Source of the DNA: Hyphomicrobiales bacterium
Lineage (GTDB): Bacteria; Pseudomonadota; Alphaproteobacteria; Rhizobiales; Xanthobacteraceae
Assembly: GCA_019237215.1 (NCBI GenBank)
Contig: JAFAHL010000386.1
Location: forward strand, 1-56,079
DNA: 56,079 bases
Reading direction: 5' to 3'
In this document: positions 48,354 through 56,079 of the stretch, piece by piece
Position numbering within the stretch: the first letter of the stretch is position 1
How the letters are laid out: every line of letters starts with the position of its first letter
The notes under the pieces: model-generated
Database searches by the model: none
Told to the model about the DNA's origin: nothing
What the model saw: only the letters and a program-made list of their open reading frames with translations
Program-made: the position numbers and the translations under genes

Positions 48354-49874
48354 TCAGGCCCACCACGGCGCCGGCAGAGGCGTGCGCCCAGCGGATCGCT
48401 CGAGCGCCTCGCCCAGTGTGAACAGCGTCTCTTCATCGAACGGGCGCCCGATCAGCTGCAGCCCGAGCGGCAGGCCCTCGCTCGAAAGCCCGGCAGGAGC
48501 GACGAGTCCGGGGAGGCCGGCCATGTTGACCGTCACCGTGAAGACGTCATTCAGATACATCTCAACCGGATCCTGTGACCCCTTCTCGCCGATGCCAAAT
48601 GCGGCTGAGGGCGTCGCAGGGGTCAGGATCGCATCGACGCCCTCTGAAAACACGCGTTCGAAGTCACGCTTGATGAGGGTGCGGATCTTTTGCGCGCGCA
48701 CATAGTAGGCGTCGTAATAGCCAGCGGAAAGCACATAGGCGCCGATCAGCAAACGGCGCCGGACCTCGGGGCCGAATCCTCTGGCGCGGGTCTTCTCGTA
48801 GAGGTCCGAGATGTCGGCCGCGGGCTCGCGCAAGCCGTAACGGACGCCGTCATAGCGCGCCAGGTTGCTCGAAGCCTCGGCAGGAGCGACAATATAATAA
48901 GCAGGCAGGGCGTGTCGCGTGTTGGGTAGGCTCACGTCGACCACCTTTGCGCCGGCTGTTCGCAGCCACTCGGCGCCAAGCGCCCACAGCGTCTCGATTT
49001 CGGCATTCATGCCCTCCAGGCGATATTCCTTCGGCACCCCGATCGTCAGGCCTCGAACCGATCTGCCGACAGCCTCTTCGTAATCCGGAACGGCGGCGGG
49101 CGAGCAGGTGGAGTCTTTCGAGTCGGGACCCGCCATCGAGCGCAGCATGATCGCCGCATCGCGCACGGTACGGGCGAGCGGTCCCGCCTGATCGAGCGAT
49201 GATGCGAACGCCACCATCCCCCAGCGCGAGCAACGTCCGTAGGTTGGCTTGATGCCAACGACACCCGTAAAGGCGGCCGGCTGACGGATCGAGCCGCCGG
49301 TATCGCTGGCGGTCGCCGCCAGGCAGAGTCTCGCGGCCACTGCGGCCGAAGAGCCGCCGGAGGAACCGCCCGGCGTAAGCAGACCGCGCTTGCCGTTCGC
49401 CAGCGCGGCGCGCGCTTGGTCGCGACCCCAGTTCGGCGGCAGCCAAGGCGACGCGACAGGCCCATAGCATGACGTCTCGTTCGACGAGCCCATAGCGAAC
49501 TCGTCCATGTTCAGTTTGCCGAGCATCACCGCGCCATCACGCCACAGATTGGCGGTGACGGTAGACTCGTAGGTCGGCTTGAAGCCATCGAGAATGTGGC
49601 TGCACGCTTGCGTATGCACGCCCTTTGTGGCGTAGAGATCCTTCACCCCGATCGGTAGCCCCTCCAGGAGTCCGCCTTCGCCCTTGGCGAGGCGCGCGTC
49701 GCTCGCTTTGGCCATCCGCAACGCCCTGTCCGCCGTCGTCACTATATAGGCGTTAAGCGCTTTGGCCCGCCCCATCGCTTCAAGATGGGCCGTGGTGATC
49801 TCGATGCTCGAAATCGCTCGGGCCTTGAGCTGATCGCGCGCCTCGGCGAGCGTCAGGGACGTCAGATCGGTCAA
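48354..49874 (-). CDS. gatA: Asp-tRNA(Asn)/Glu-tRNA(Gln) amidotransferase subunit A
   Basis: 506 aa, amidase signature [13 protein letters not shown]...[12 protein letters not shown]. Confidence 0.96.
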   Translation of the reverse strand: MTDLTSLTLAEARDQLKARAISSIEITTAHLEAMGRAKALNAYIVTTADRALRMAKASDARLAKGEGGLLEGLPIGVKDLYATKGVHTQACSHILDGFKPTYESTVTANLWRDGAVMLGKLNMDEFAMGSSNETSCYGPVASPWLPPNWGRDQARAALANGKRGLLTPGGSSGGSSAAVAARLCLAATASDTGGSIRQPAAFTGVVGIKPTYGRCSRWGMVAFASSLDQAGPLARTVRDAAIMLRSMAGPDSKDSTCSPAAVPDYEEAVGRSVRGLTIGVPKEYRLEGMNAEIETLWALGAEWLRTAGAKVVDVSLPNTRHALPAYYIVAPAEASSNLARYDGVRYGLREPAADISDLYEKTRARGFGPEVRRRLLIGAYVLSAGYYDAYYVRAQKIRTLIKRDFERVFSEGVDAILTPATPSAAFGIGEKGSQDPVEMYLNDVFTVTVNMAGLPGLVAPAGLSSEGLPLGLQLIGRPFDEETLFTLGEALERSAGRTPLPAPWWA

Positions 49875-49911
49875 GTGTGTTCCTTGGAGAGTCGCCTTGC
49901 CGGGAAGTCGA

Positions 49912-50199
49912 TCACTCGATTACTCTTGGCACGAGAAAGAAGCCGTCTTCAGTCAGTGGCGCGTTGGCCAGCACCTCATCCGCAATGCCGCCGTCGGTGA
50001 CGACGTCGTCACGCATCGGCAGGCGCATCGGGATCACCGACGTCATTGGTTCGACGCCCTCGACGTCGACCTGCTCCAAAGCCTTTACGAACTTCAGAAT
50101 CGCGTTGATTTCGCCTTGCAGATTCGGGATCTCCGCTTCGCTCACCCCGATCCGCGCCAAATGCGCGATGCGGCGAACCTCGCTGAGATCGACGGACAT
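49912..50199 (-). CDS. gatC: Asp-tRNA(Asn)/Glu-tRNA(Gln) amidotransferase subunit C
   Basis: 95 aa, [52 protein letters not shown]. Confidence 0.93.
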   Translation of the reverse strand: MSVDLSEVRRIAHLARIGVSEAEIPNLQGEINAILKFVKALEQVDVEGVEPMTSVIPMRLPMRDDVVTDGGIADEVLANAPLTEDGFFLVPRVIE

Positions 50200-50333
50200 C
50201 GAACACTCCTCCGAGCCTGAGAAAATGAGGCGCGGCCCCTATACATCGCCGACATTTTGCGCGCAAACGCCTTCCGCGAACGCGTTGGCGCTCGGCGTTC
50301 GACTTGCTTGGCGCCCCATGCTAGCCGCTGCGT

Positions 50334-50825
50334 ATGAACCCTACGATCGATCTCGAAGATCTGGCTTTGCGCCTTCCTGCGAAGGCCCGCCTGATTGGCC
50401 TCGATTTAGGAACCAAAACGATCGGACTGGCAATTTCCGACGTCGAACGCCGGCTGGCGTCGCCCTTGAGAACGCTGCCGCGCGGCGCATTTAGAAAGGA
50501 CGCCGACGCGCTGGTCGCGATTTTCACAGAATTCGAGATCGCCGGCGTGATTCTCGGCCTGCCGCTCGACTTGGAGGGCCGGGACGGCCCACGCGCGCAA
50601 TCGACGCGCGCTTTCGCGCGAAACCTTTCCATGCGCACGGCTCTTCCCATCGCGTATTGGGATGAACGTTTTTCGACTGCCGCCGTCACGCGATCCCTGA
50701 TCGCCAATGACGTGTCACGCACGCGCCGGGCGGAAGTCGTCGACAGGATGGCGGCCGCCTATATCTTGCAGGGCGCACTGGACCGGCTCGCCCGGTTGAG
50801 GCCAAACGCGGGTGACCTGTCGTAG
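50334..50825 (+). CDS. ruvX: Holliday junction resolvase-like protein RuvX/YqgF
   Basis: 163 aa, LIGLDLGTKTIGLAISD...IAGVILGLPLDLEGRDGPRAQSTRAFA...WDERFSTAAV. Confidence 0.92.
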   Translation: MNPTIDLEDLALRLPAKARLIGLDLGTKTIGLAISDVERRLASPLRTLPRGAFRKDADALVAIFTEFEIAGVILGLPLDLEGRDGPRAQSTRAFARNLSMRTALPIAYWDERFSTAAVTRSLIANDVSRTRRAEVVDRMAAAYILQGALDRLARLRPNAGDLS

Positions 50826-50997
50826 CCCTTCCGGGGAGGTGACCTATCGTAACTCTTTCATAATGTTATTGCGGTCGACTTATGTTTTTGAGATGAAGGC
50901 TCGACGCGAGTTGACATCGCTCATACCCGGATCGAGTTTGTAGACGTGCTCAAAGCTCTCGTCGAGCGGCGGGATTGGCCCTAAACCGATCTCGTTT

Positions 50998-51360
50998 TTG
51001 TCCTACGGATCGTGTTGTCGAATGGCCGGCGAAAGTGGGTTCCCGAGACGAAGGCGCGCAGGCCGCGGGCGGGACGCCGTCGACCCTCAGCCCACGGGCA
51101 CGAGTCGATCGGAGAATCCCCCCAGCATCGCGCCAAAAGAGGCGTTCGACGTCGCCCGCTACGTGACCGACATGTCTGCCCAGTTGGAGGCGATGGCGAT
51201 CGCGGCGCGTCTCGACCTTCTCGCCTATTTCCTCGGAATGGCCAAGGCGGAGGGCGACCTGTTCCTTCGGACTCAGAGCGGGTCCGATAGCGCTTCCGAC
51301 GATTCCGGGGAGTCCGGAGCCGCCGATCCAATCTCCGATAACGACGACACTATAGAGTGA
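50998..51360 (+). CDS. hypothetical small acidic protein (start uncertain)
   Basis: High GC3 from about 51120 onward (APKEAFDVARYVTDMSAQLEAMAIAARLDLLAYFLGMAKAEGDLFLRT... then an Asp/Ser-rich tail). 50998 is TTG; the Arg-rich N-terminal third may not be translated. Confidence 0.4.
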   Translation: MSYGSCCRMAGESGFPRRRRAGRGRDAVDPQPTGTSRSENPPSIAPKEAFDVARYVTDMSAQLEAMAIAARLDLLAYFLGMAKAEGDLFLRTQSGSDSASDDSGESGAADPISDNDDTIE

Positions 51361-51379
51361 CGCCATGTGCGGCGTCCGC

Positions 51380-52615
51380 TTATCCCGCCCCGTCTCGCGC
51401 CGGCCGGAGCGCGACCCGATCCCCGCCGGAAAACTCCACCCGTCCGGCCAATTCGAGTTCCATCAGGGCGACGCGAACTTCGCGAGTCGAGGCTTCCGCC
51501 GCCCGGGCTAGTTCATCAAGCGAGATCGGGGAGGGACCAAGCAGCCCGACGATCCGGCCTCGCGCGCCCCCTCCCTCGTCATAGGGCCGACAAACGCCGA
51601 CCAGGTCGTCAAAATCCTCGCCCGGACCGGTGCGGGGCGTCGCTTCAGGATCGGCGAAAAAAGGCGACTGTTCGCCCCACAGCGGCTCGTTGTCGCCGCC
51701 GCTTTCGTCTAGAGAGGCGAAGACGTCGCTCGAGAGCGTCGGCTCGAGCGCGCCGAGCACATCGTCCACGTTCGTGCAGATCGTCGCGCCCTGCTTGAGG
51801 AGATCGTTCGTCCCCTCGGCGCGTGGATCAAGGGGCGAGCCGGGCACCGCGAACACCTGACGGTTCTGCTCGAGGGCGAACTTTGCGGTGATGAGCGAGC
51901 CCGAGCCGCGCGCCGCCTCGACGACGACGGTCCCCAAGGCCAGCCCGGAGACGATACGGTTGCGTCGAGGAAAGTCCCGACCCCGCGGCTCCCACTCGAT
52001 CGGCATTTCCGAGACGACCGCGCCGAATTCAACTATTCGCGCGATCAGCGGCACGGCTTCGCTGGGATAGGGCTTCGCATGCCCCCCAGCGAGCACGCCG
52101 AGCGCGCCGGTCTCGAGACTCGCGGCGTGCACCCGCTGATCGATGCCCCGGGCGAGCCCCGAGACGACAACATAGCCCGCCCGGCCGAGCCCGCGCGCGA
52201 GCCGGTCGGCGAAGGTCAGCCCCGCCGCCGAAGCGTTGCGTGATCCGACGATCGCCACCGCCGGCTGCTGCAGCGCCTCTTCCCGGCCGGCGAGAGCCAG
52301 GACCGGCGGCGCCGAATCGATCTGGCGCAGAATCGGCGGGTAGTCCGGTTCGCCGAGCGCGACAAATCGCACGCCGAGCTTCCGCGCCGTGTCGAGCTCC
52401 CGCTGGATCTCCTCGGCCGAGGCTACCCGGATCGGGCGCGCCGCCCCGCCGCGGCGGGCGAGTTCAGGCAGCGCCTCGAGGGCCGCCCGCGCGCCGCCGC
52501 AACTGTTGAGAAGCGCCCGAAAGGTCCGCGGCCCGACGTTTTCCGAGCGAATGAGGCGCAGCCAGTCGAAGCGCTGCTCGTCAGAGAGTTTTGGGGCTTT
52601 CGGGTTCCTCGTCAT
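51380..52615 (-). CDS. dprA: DNA-processing protein DprA (Smf)
   Basis: 411 aa; VAIVGSRNASAAGLTFA...VVSGLARGIDQRVHAASL...AVPGSPLDPRAEGTNDLLKQGA Rossmann core plus a C-terminal winged-helix-like domain. Confidence 0.92.
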   Translation of the reverse strand: MTRNPKAPKLSDEQRFDWLRLIRSENVGPRTFRALLNSCGGARAALEALPELARRGGAARPIRVASAEEIQRELDTARKLGVRFVALGEPDYPPILRQIDSAPPVLALAGREEALQQPAVAIVGSRNASAAGLTFADRLARGLGRAGYVVVSGLARGIDQRVHAASLETGALGVLAGGHAKPYPSEAVPLIARIVEFGAVVSEMPIEWEPRGRDFPRRNRIVSGLALGTVVVEAARGSGSLITAKFALEQNRQVFAVPGSPLDPRAEGTNDLLKQGATICTNVDDVLGALEPTLSSDVFASLDESGGDNEPLWGEQSPFFADPEATPRTGPGEDFDDLVGVCRPYDEGGGARGRIVGLLGPSPISLDELARAAEASTREVRVALMELELAGRVEFSGGDRVALRPARDGAG

Positions 52616-52618
52616 CGG

Positions 52619-53215
52619 CTACCGTTGCCCGATCTTCGGCTCCGAGCCATTGAGAAGCCGGCCGATGTTGGCGCTGTGCTTGAACCAGACGAGGGCGGCG
52701 AGCGCCCAGAAGACAAGCGCTGCCTCTTCGAGCCCGATCGCGAGCGCGACCATGGGCGAAACGGCTGTCGCCACAAGCGCGGCGGCCGACGAATATCGCG
52801 TGACGGCGGCGACCGCGAGCCAGACGAGCCCGAACACGATCGCCGCCGGCCAGGCGACCCCGATGAGGCCGCCGAAAAATGTCGCGACGCCTTTGCCGCC
52901 GCGAAAGCGGAGCCAGACAGGATAGAGGTGGCCGAGGATCGCGCCGGCCCCGGCCGCGAGCGCCGCTTCGGGACCGAAGGCCCAGGCCGCGAGGACAACG
53001 GCGAGCGTCGCTTTGAGCGCGTCGAGCGCAAGCGTCGCTGCAGCGAGGTCCTTTCGCCCGGTCCTCAGCACGTTGGTCGCGCCGATGTTGCCCGAGCCGA
53101 TGGACCTCAGATCGCCGGCCCCCGCGAGCCGCGTCAGAACGACGCCGAACGGGATCGCGCCCAGGAGATAGCCGAGAACGAGGCCCAGGGCCGCGCCGTA
53201 GGAAATCCCGACCAT
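52619..53215 (-). CDS. plsY: glycerol-3-phosphate acyltransferase PlsY
   Basis: ATG 53215: [55 protein letters not shown]...; 198 aa. Confidence 0.93.
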   Translation of the reverse strand: MVGISYGAALGLVLGYLLGAIPFGVVLTRLAGAGDLRSIGSGNIGATNVLRTGRKDLAAATLALDALKATLAVVLAAWAFGPEAALAAGAGAILGHLYPVWLRFRGGKGVATFFGGLIGVAWPAAIVFGLVWLAVAAVTRYSSAAALVATAVSPMVALAIGLEEAALVFWALAALVWFKHSANIGRLLNGSEPKIGQR

Positions 53216-53259
53216 CCGCTCAAAGCTCCGGCGACGGCGTCTTGTTTCGTCTTTAAAGA

Positions 53260-54552
53260 CTATTCGTGGGCGACCCGCCCGGCAACCAGCGTCAGCTTCA
53301 CCCGGCCTTCCAGCCGGGCAGCATCGAAGGGCGTATTGCGGCAACGCGAATGGAGCTCGGCCGGATCGAGCACATAGGGGTCGTCGGGATCGAAGCGGAT
53401 CACGTCCGCCGGGGCGCCGACCGCGAGCCGCCCGACCGGAAGCTTGAGGATTTCCGCGGGGCGCAGCGTCATGGCGCGGATCAGCCGCGGCAGGCTGACA
53501 TGGCCTCCGGCGGTGAGGCGCAGGCTCGCCGACAGCATCGTCTCGACGCCGATCGCGCCGGCGGCGGCCTCGGCGAATGGGAGGCGCTTCGTCTCCACGT
53601 CCTGCGGATCGTGGTCGGATGAGATGACGTCGATGGCGCGTGCGTTCAGGGCTTCGACCAGCGCCATGCGCTCCTCTTCCGAGCGCAGCGGCGGCGTGAG
53701 CTTGAGGAAGGTCCGGTAGTCGCCGACGTCGAGCTCGTTGAGCGTAAGAGAGTTGATCGAAACGCCGCAGCTCACGCTCAAGCCCCCCTCCCGAGCCCGC
53801 GCCATCGCCGCGAGCGAAAGCCGGTTCGAGATGAGCGCCGCGTGGTAGCGGGCGCCGGTGAGGCCGACAAGCCGCAGGTCACGTTCGAGCGCGATCGTCT
53901 CGGCCTCGCGCGGCACGCCCGGCAGGCCGAGCCAGCTTGCGCGCAGACCTTCGGCCATCACGCCTTCGCCACGCAGCGACCGGTCCTCGCAGACCGGCGC
54001 GACGAGCGCGTCGCAGTCGCGCGCGTAGGTCATCGCGCGGCGCATCGTCAGCGCCTCGGCGACCGAATGCGGCCCGTCGCTGAAAGCGACGGCGCCGGCT
54101 TCCGCGAGGAGCCCGATCTCCGCAATCTCGTGGCCCAGGAGGCCCTTGGTCAGCGCGGCCGAGGGGAAGATGCGGACCTTCGCGTCGTCGCGCGCGCGGC
54201 GCAGGATGAAGTCGACCACGGCGGGATCGTCGACGGGCGGATTGGTGTCCGGGCGCATGACGAGGCTGGTGACGCCGCCCGCGGCGGCCGCAGCGCTGGC
54301 GCTTGCGATCGTCTCGCGATGCTCGGCGCCCGGCTCGCCGACGAAGCAGCGCATGTCGATAAGGCCCGGGGCGACGACGTCGCCGGCGCAGTCGACGATG
54401 CGGGCCCCGGCGGGAACGGTATCGCGCGTGACGGCGGCGCCGACCCCGGCGATCAGCCCGTCCATGGCTATGAGCCCGCCCCGCGTCTCGGTCTCGCGCT
54501 CCGGGTCGACAAGCCGGGCGTTGAGGAGAGCGATGGGCTGAACCGGGGACAC
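53260..54552 (-). CDS. pyrC: dihydroorotase-like protein lacking the HxH metal site (PyrC'-type, probably non-catalytic)
   Basis: 430 aa amidohydrolase fold. The position of the LID(L/M)HVHLREPG motif reads [12 protein letters not shown]; later SSDHDPQ is partly conserved. GTG start at 54552. Confidence 0.8.
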   Translation of the reverse strand: MSPVQPIALLNARLVDPERETETRGGLIAMDGLIAGVGAAVTRDTVPAGARIVDCAGDVVAPGLIDMRCFVGEPGAEHRETIASASAAAAAGGVTSLVMRPDTNPPVDDPAVVDFILRRARDDAKVRIFPSAALTKGLLGHEIAEIGLLAEAGAVAFSDGPHSVAEALTMRRAMTYARDCDALVAPVCEDRSLRGEGVMAEGLRASWLGLPGVPREAETIALERDLRLVGLTGARYHAALISNRLSLAAMARAREGGLSVSCGVSINSLTLNELDVGDYRTFLKLTPPLRSEEERMALVEALNARAIDVISSDHDPQDVETKRLPFAEAAAGAIGVETMLSASLRLTAGGHVSLPRLIRAMTLRPAEILKLPVGRLAVGAPADVIRFDPDDPYVLDPAELHSRCRNTPFDAARLEGRVKLTLVAGRVAHE

Positions 54553-55106
54553 GGGGACCAGCGCTTAGAGAGCGGCGCCGGCGATTGCAAGCGATCCTGC
54601 CTCTCCTTCCCGGGCTTGACCCGGGGATCATGGAAAGAGGGCCGGGTCGAGGGCTATGCGCCTGCGCCACGGCGAAGCCTTTTCAAAGGCTTGGGCGCCT
54701 TTTTCTGTGCGACCGCCCCTGCCGTGGGGACCGAGAGCGCGGCCCGGCGCTGAGAAACAAGTGTTTTCAAAGGCTTATCGTCAAATCCTGCACTACTAAA
54801 AAAACATATAGATTTTGTTATCAATCGAGGCAAGTCGCTTTGCTGCGCCGGTCGCCTCGAACGGAAAACCACGGGATCCGCCATTTTGGCTAGAGATGTC
54901 GCTTTTTCAGAAATGGCTTCGGAGCGACGAGAGCCCTCATCCCTCAGCCTTCGGCGCCGCCTGCGGAAGAGGCTGGGGTGAAGCGAGCGCACTCAGGACA
55001 CGGCCTCGCGCCGAGGCAGTTTGCGCTTGCCGCAGGCCCTGAAAACGGCTATTCGCCCGCGACGCTTCTCGCGCCCGCGTTCATTTCGCCCGCGAGAACG
55101 CGACGC

Positions 55107-55183
55107 GCGCCCGTAGCTCAGCTGGATAGAGCACCAGACTACGAATCTGGGGGCCGGGAGTTCGAATCTCTCCGGGCGCGCCA
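55107..55183 (+). tRNA. tRNA-Arg (anticodon ACG)
   Basis: GCGCCCG-TA-GCTC-AGCTGGATA-GAGC-A-CCAGA-CTACGAA-TCTGG-GGGCC-GGGAG-TTCGAAT-CTCCC-CGGGCGC-G-CCA, 77 nt. Confidence 0.93.
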
Positions 55184-55277
55184 TAAAATCAAAGACTTAG
55201 CTTGGTAGCGTGCAGACGGGAACCGGTCTTGTCTGCACTGGGTCTGCACACACGTGCGGCCTAACTGATCGAAGAAC

Positions 55278-55501
55278 TTAGTCTTTGGTCGCCGTCGCCT
55301 GCCGCATCGCCGCGACCGCCATCGCCCGGATGTCAGGGTCGGCGCGGAGACGAGCGAGGACATGGTCGATGAGTTCGGCTGGCGTCGGCTCGCGGCCGAG
55401 CGTGTCGCAGAGGGTCTGTCTCTCACGGACCAGCCAGCGGCCCAGCGGCGTGCCAAGCTCACCATTCGCTTGGCGAGCAGGAGATCGGCATCGGTGTTCA
55501 T
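55278..55501 (-). pseudogene. small ORF needing a frame change (ATG 55501 frame, then the -1 frame to TAA 55280-55278)
   Basis: MNTDADLLLAKR has high GC3 in the ATG frame. From about 55460, high GC3 switches to the frame reading ...GELGTPLGRWLVRERQTLCDTLGREPTPAELIDHVLARLRADPDIRAMAVAAMRQATATKD*, which has no canonical start of its own. Confidence 0.3.
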
Positions 55502-55511
55502 GGATATGGAT

Positions 55512-55700
55512 TTATGGTAGGAGACCGCCGCCGGCACGGATCGGCTGGGCATCAAGAGGTGAGTGGCCGGCGGCGGCTGTTCTTGGCACTCGGATCTTGG
55601 GCATCAAGCGACCGTTGGCCGAGAACCGTGTGACGCTACGCACGCGTTCGTCAGCGCACAACAAAGTCTCGGAGCGATCCCCCACAATTTCACCAATCAT
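55512..55700 (-). CDS. hypothetical small protein
   Basis: ATG 55700 overlaps the upstream ORF end (atgattggtga); 62 aa, MIGEIVGDRSETLLCADERVRSVTRFSANGRLMPKIRVPR...; no family recognised. Confidence 0.3.
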   Translation of the reverse strand: MIGEIVGDRSETLLCADERVRSVTRFSANGRLMPKIRVPRTAAAGHSPLDAQPIRAGGGLLP

Positions 55701-55965
55701 CGGCGTCGCGCCGCTGCCGGCGCTCCAAGTGCCGCGCGGTCGCGGTCCGCTCGACTTCCCGCCGCGCTTCGCAGGAAAAGGTTCTCTGCAAATTCGCACA
55801 AGCGCGGTAGACGACGCCCTCCCCGAGGGTTGGGTGTTTTTCGAGCTCGACGGCCATCGCCTCGAAGAACCTCGGCCGCTCTCGTGAATTGATCGGCGCG
55901 GCGGCGCGTTCGATGGCGGCGAACAAATGATCGGGAATCGGCAGCGGCACGGGGATCCCCCTCAA
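55690..55965 (-). CDS. hypothetical small protein (the frame stays open to the window edge; may be longer or start at GTG 55950)
   Basis: ...PLPIPDHLFAAIERAAAPINSRERPRFFEAMAVELEKHPTLGEGVVYRACANLQRTF...; 55965 is TTG and there is no in-frame stop upstream before 56079. Confidence 0.35.
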   Translation of the reverse strand: MRGIPVPLPIPDHLFAAIERAAAPINSRERPRFFEAMAVELEKHPTLGEGVVYRACANLQRTFSCEARREVERTATARHLERRQRRDADDW

Positions 55966-56079
55966 AAGGTGGTGGGAGAGAGACGATAGCGCGCAGCCCG
56001 AGGGAGTTGAACTCGCTCGGCGGCCGGTTTGAAGTGCCGCGATGTCATACTGGGTCGTCGCTCGTTGCTTGCCGCATAA

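Noticed and set aside
50911-50941. TTGACA hexamer at 50911-50916 as a promoter for the small ORF at 50998
   Set aside because: There is no acceptable -10 element at 16-18 nt (gagttt/tttgta at 17-19 nt). A single hexamer match is not sufficient.

Overview
High-GC (about 65%) alphaproteobacterial chromosome segment with Hyphomicrobiales/Rhizobiales-type synteny, transcribed almost entirely on the minus strand. Family names (DUF numbers etc.) come from motif recognition by eye, not from searches. Core content: mfd and sdhE; an MFS transporter plus CoA-transferase pair; a complete 14-subunit complex I operon (nuoA-N, 14.1-30.3 kb) running straight into birA, rnj and mce; tRNA-Asp, tRNA-Val, hupB, lon, clpX, clpP, tig, tRNA-Leu; gatCAB; ruvX; pyrC'-plsY-dprA; tRNA-Ser and tRNA-Arg. 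Unusual content: (1) at the left edge, an inverted duplication of a DUF2892 gene next to a DUF2892 / ECF sigma / CPxC-membrane-protein cassette chained by 4-nt overlaps; (2) a group II intron 3' remnant beside a small toxin-antitoxin-like pair; (3) extra genes inside the nuo operon (DUF3291 plus a pentapeptide-repeat protein between nuoF and nuoG, an 80-codon two-TM ORF between nuoD and nuoE, a long NuoE C-terminal extension, a possible extra NuoH N-terminal helix, and a 195-bp hairpin-rich spacer between nuoI and nuoJ); (4) a roughly 6-kb accessory islet between tRNA-Leu and tRNA-Ser. The islet holds a Tat-signal cupredoxin protein without copper ligands, a RES/Xre toxin-antitoxin pair, DJ-1/PfpI, an uncharacterised two-gene module whose larger gene needs a -1 shift at an in-phase A-AAA-AAG heptamer, and a decayed serine recombinase abutting the tRNA; (5) two noncoding regions of about 550 bp with repeated motifs. 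No CRISPR array, rRNA or intact transposase was seen. I could not identify one clear-cut novel system; the best candidates are the islet two-gene module, the nuo-embedded accessory genes and the ECF cassette.
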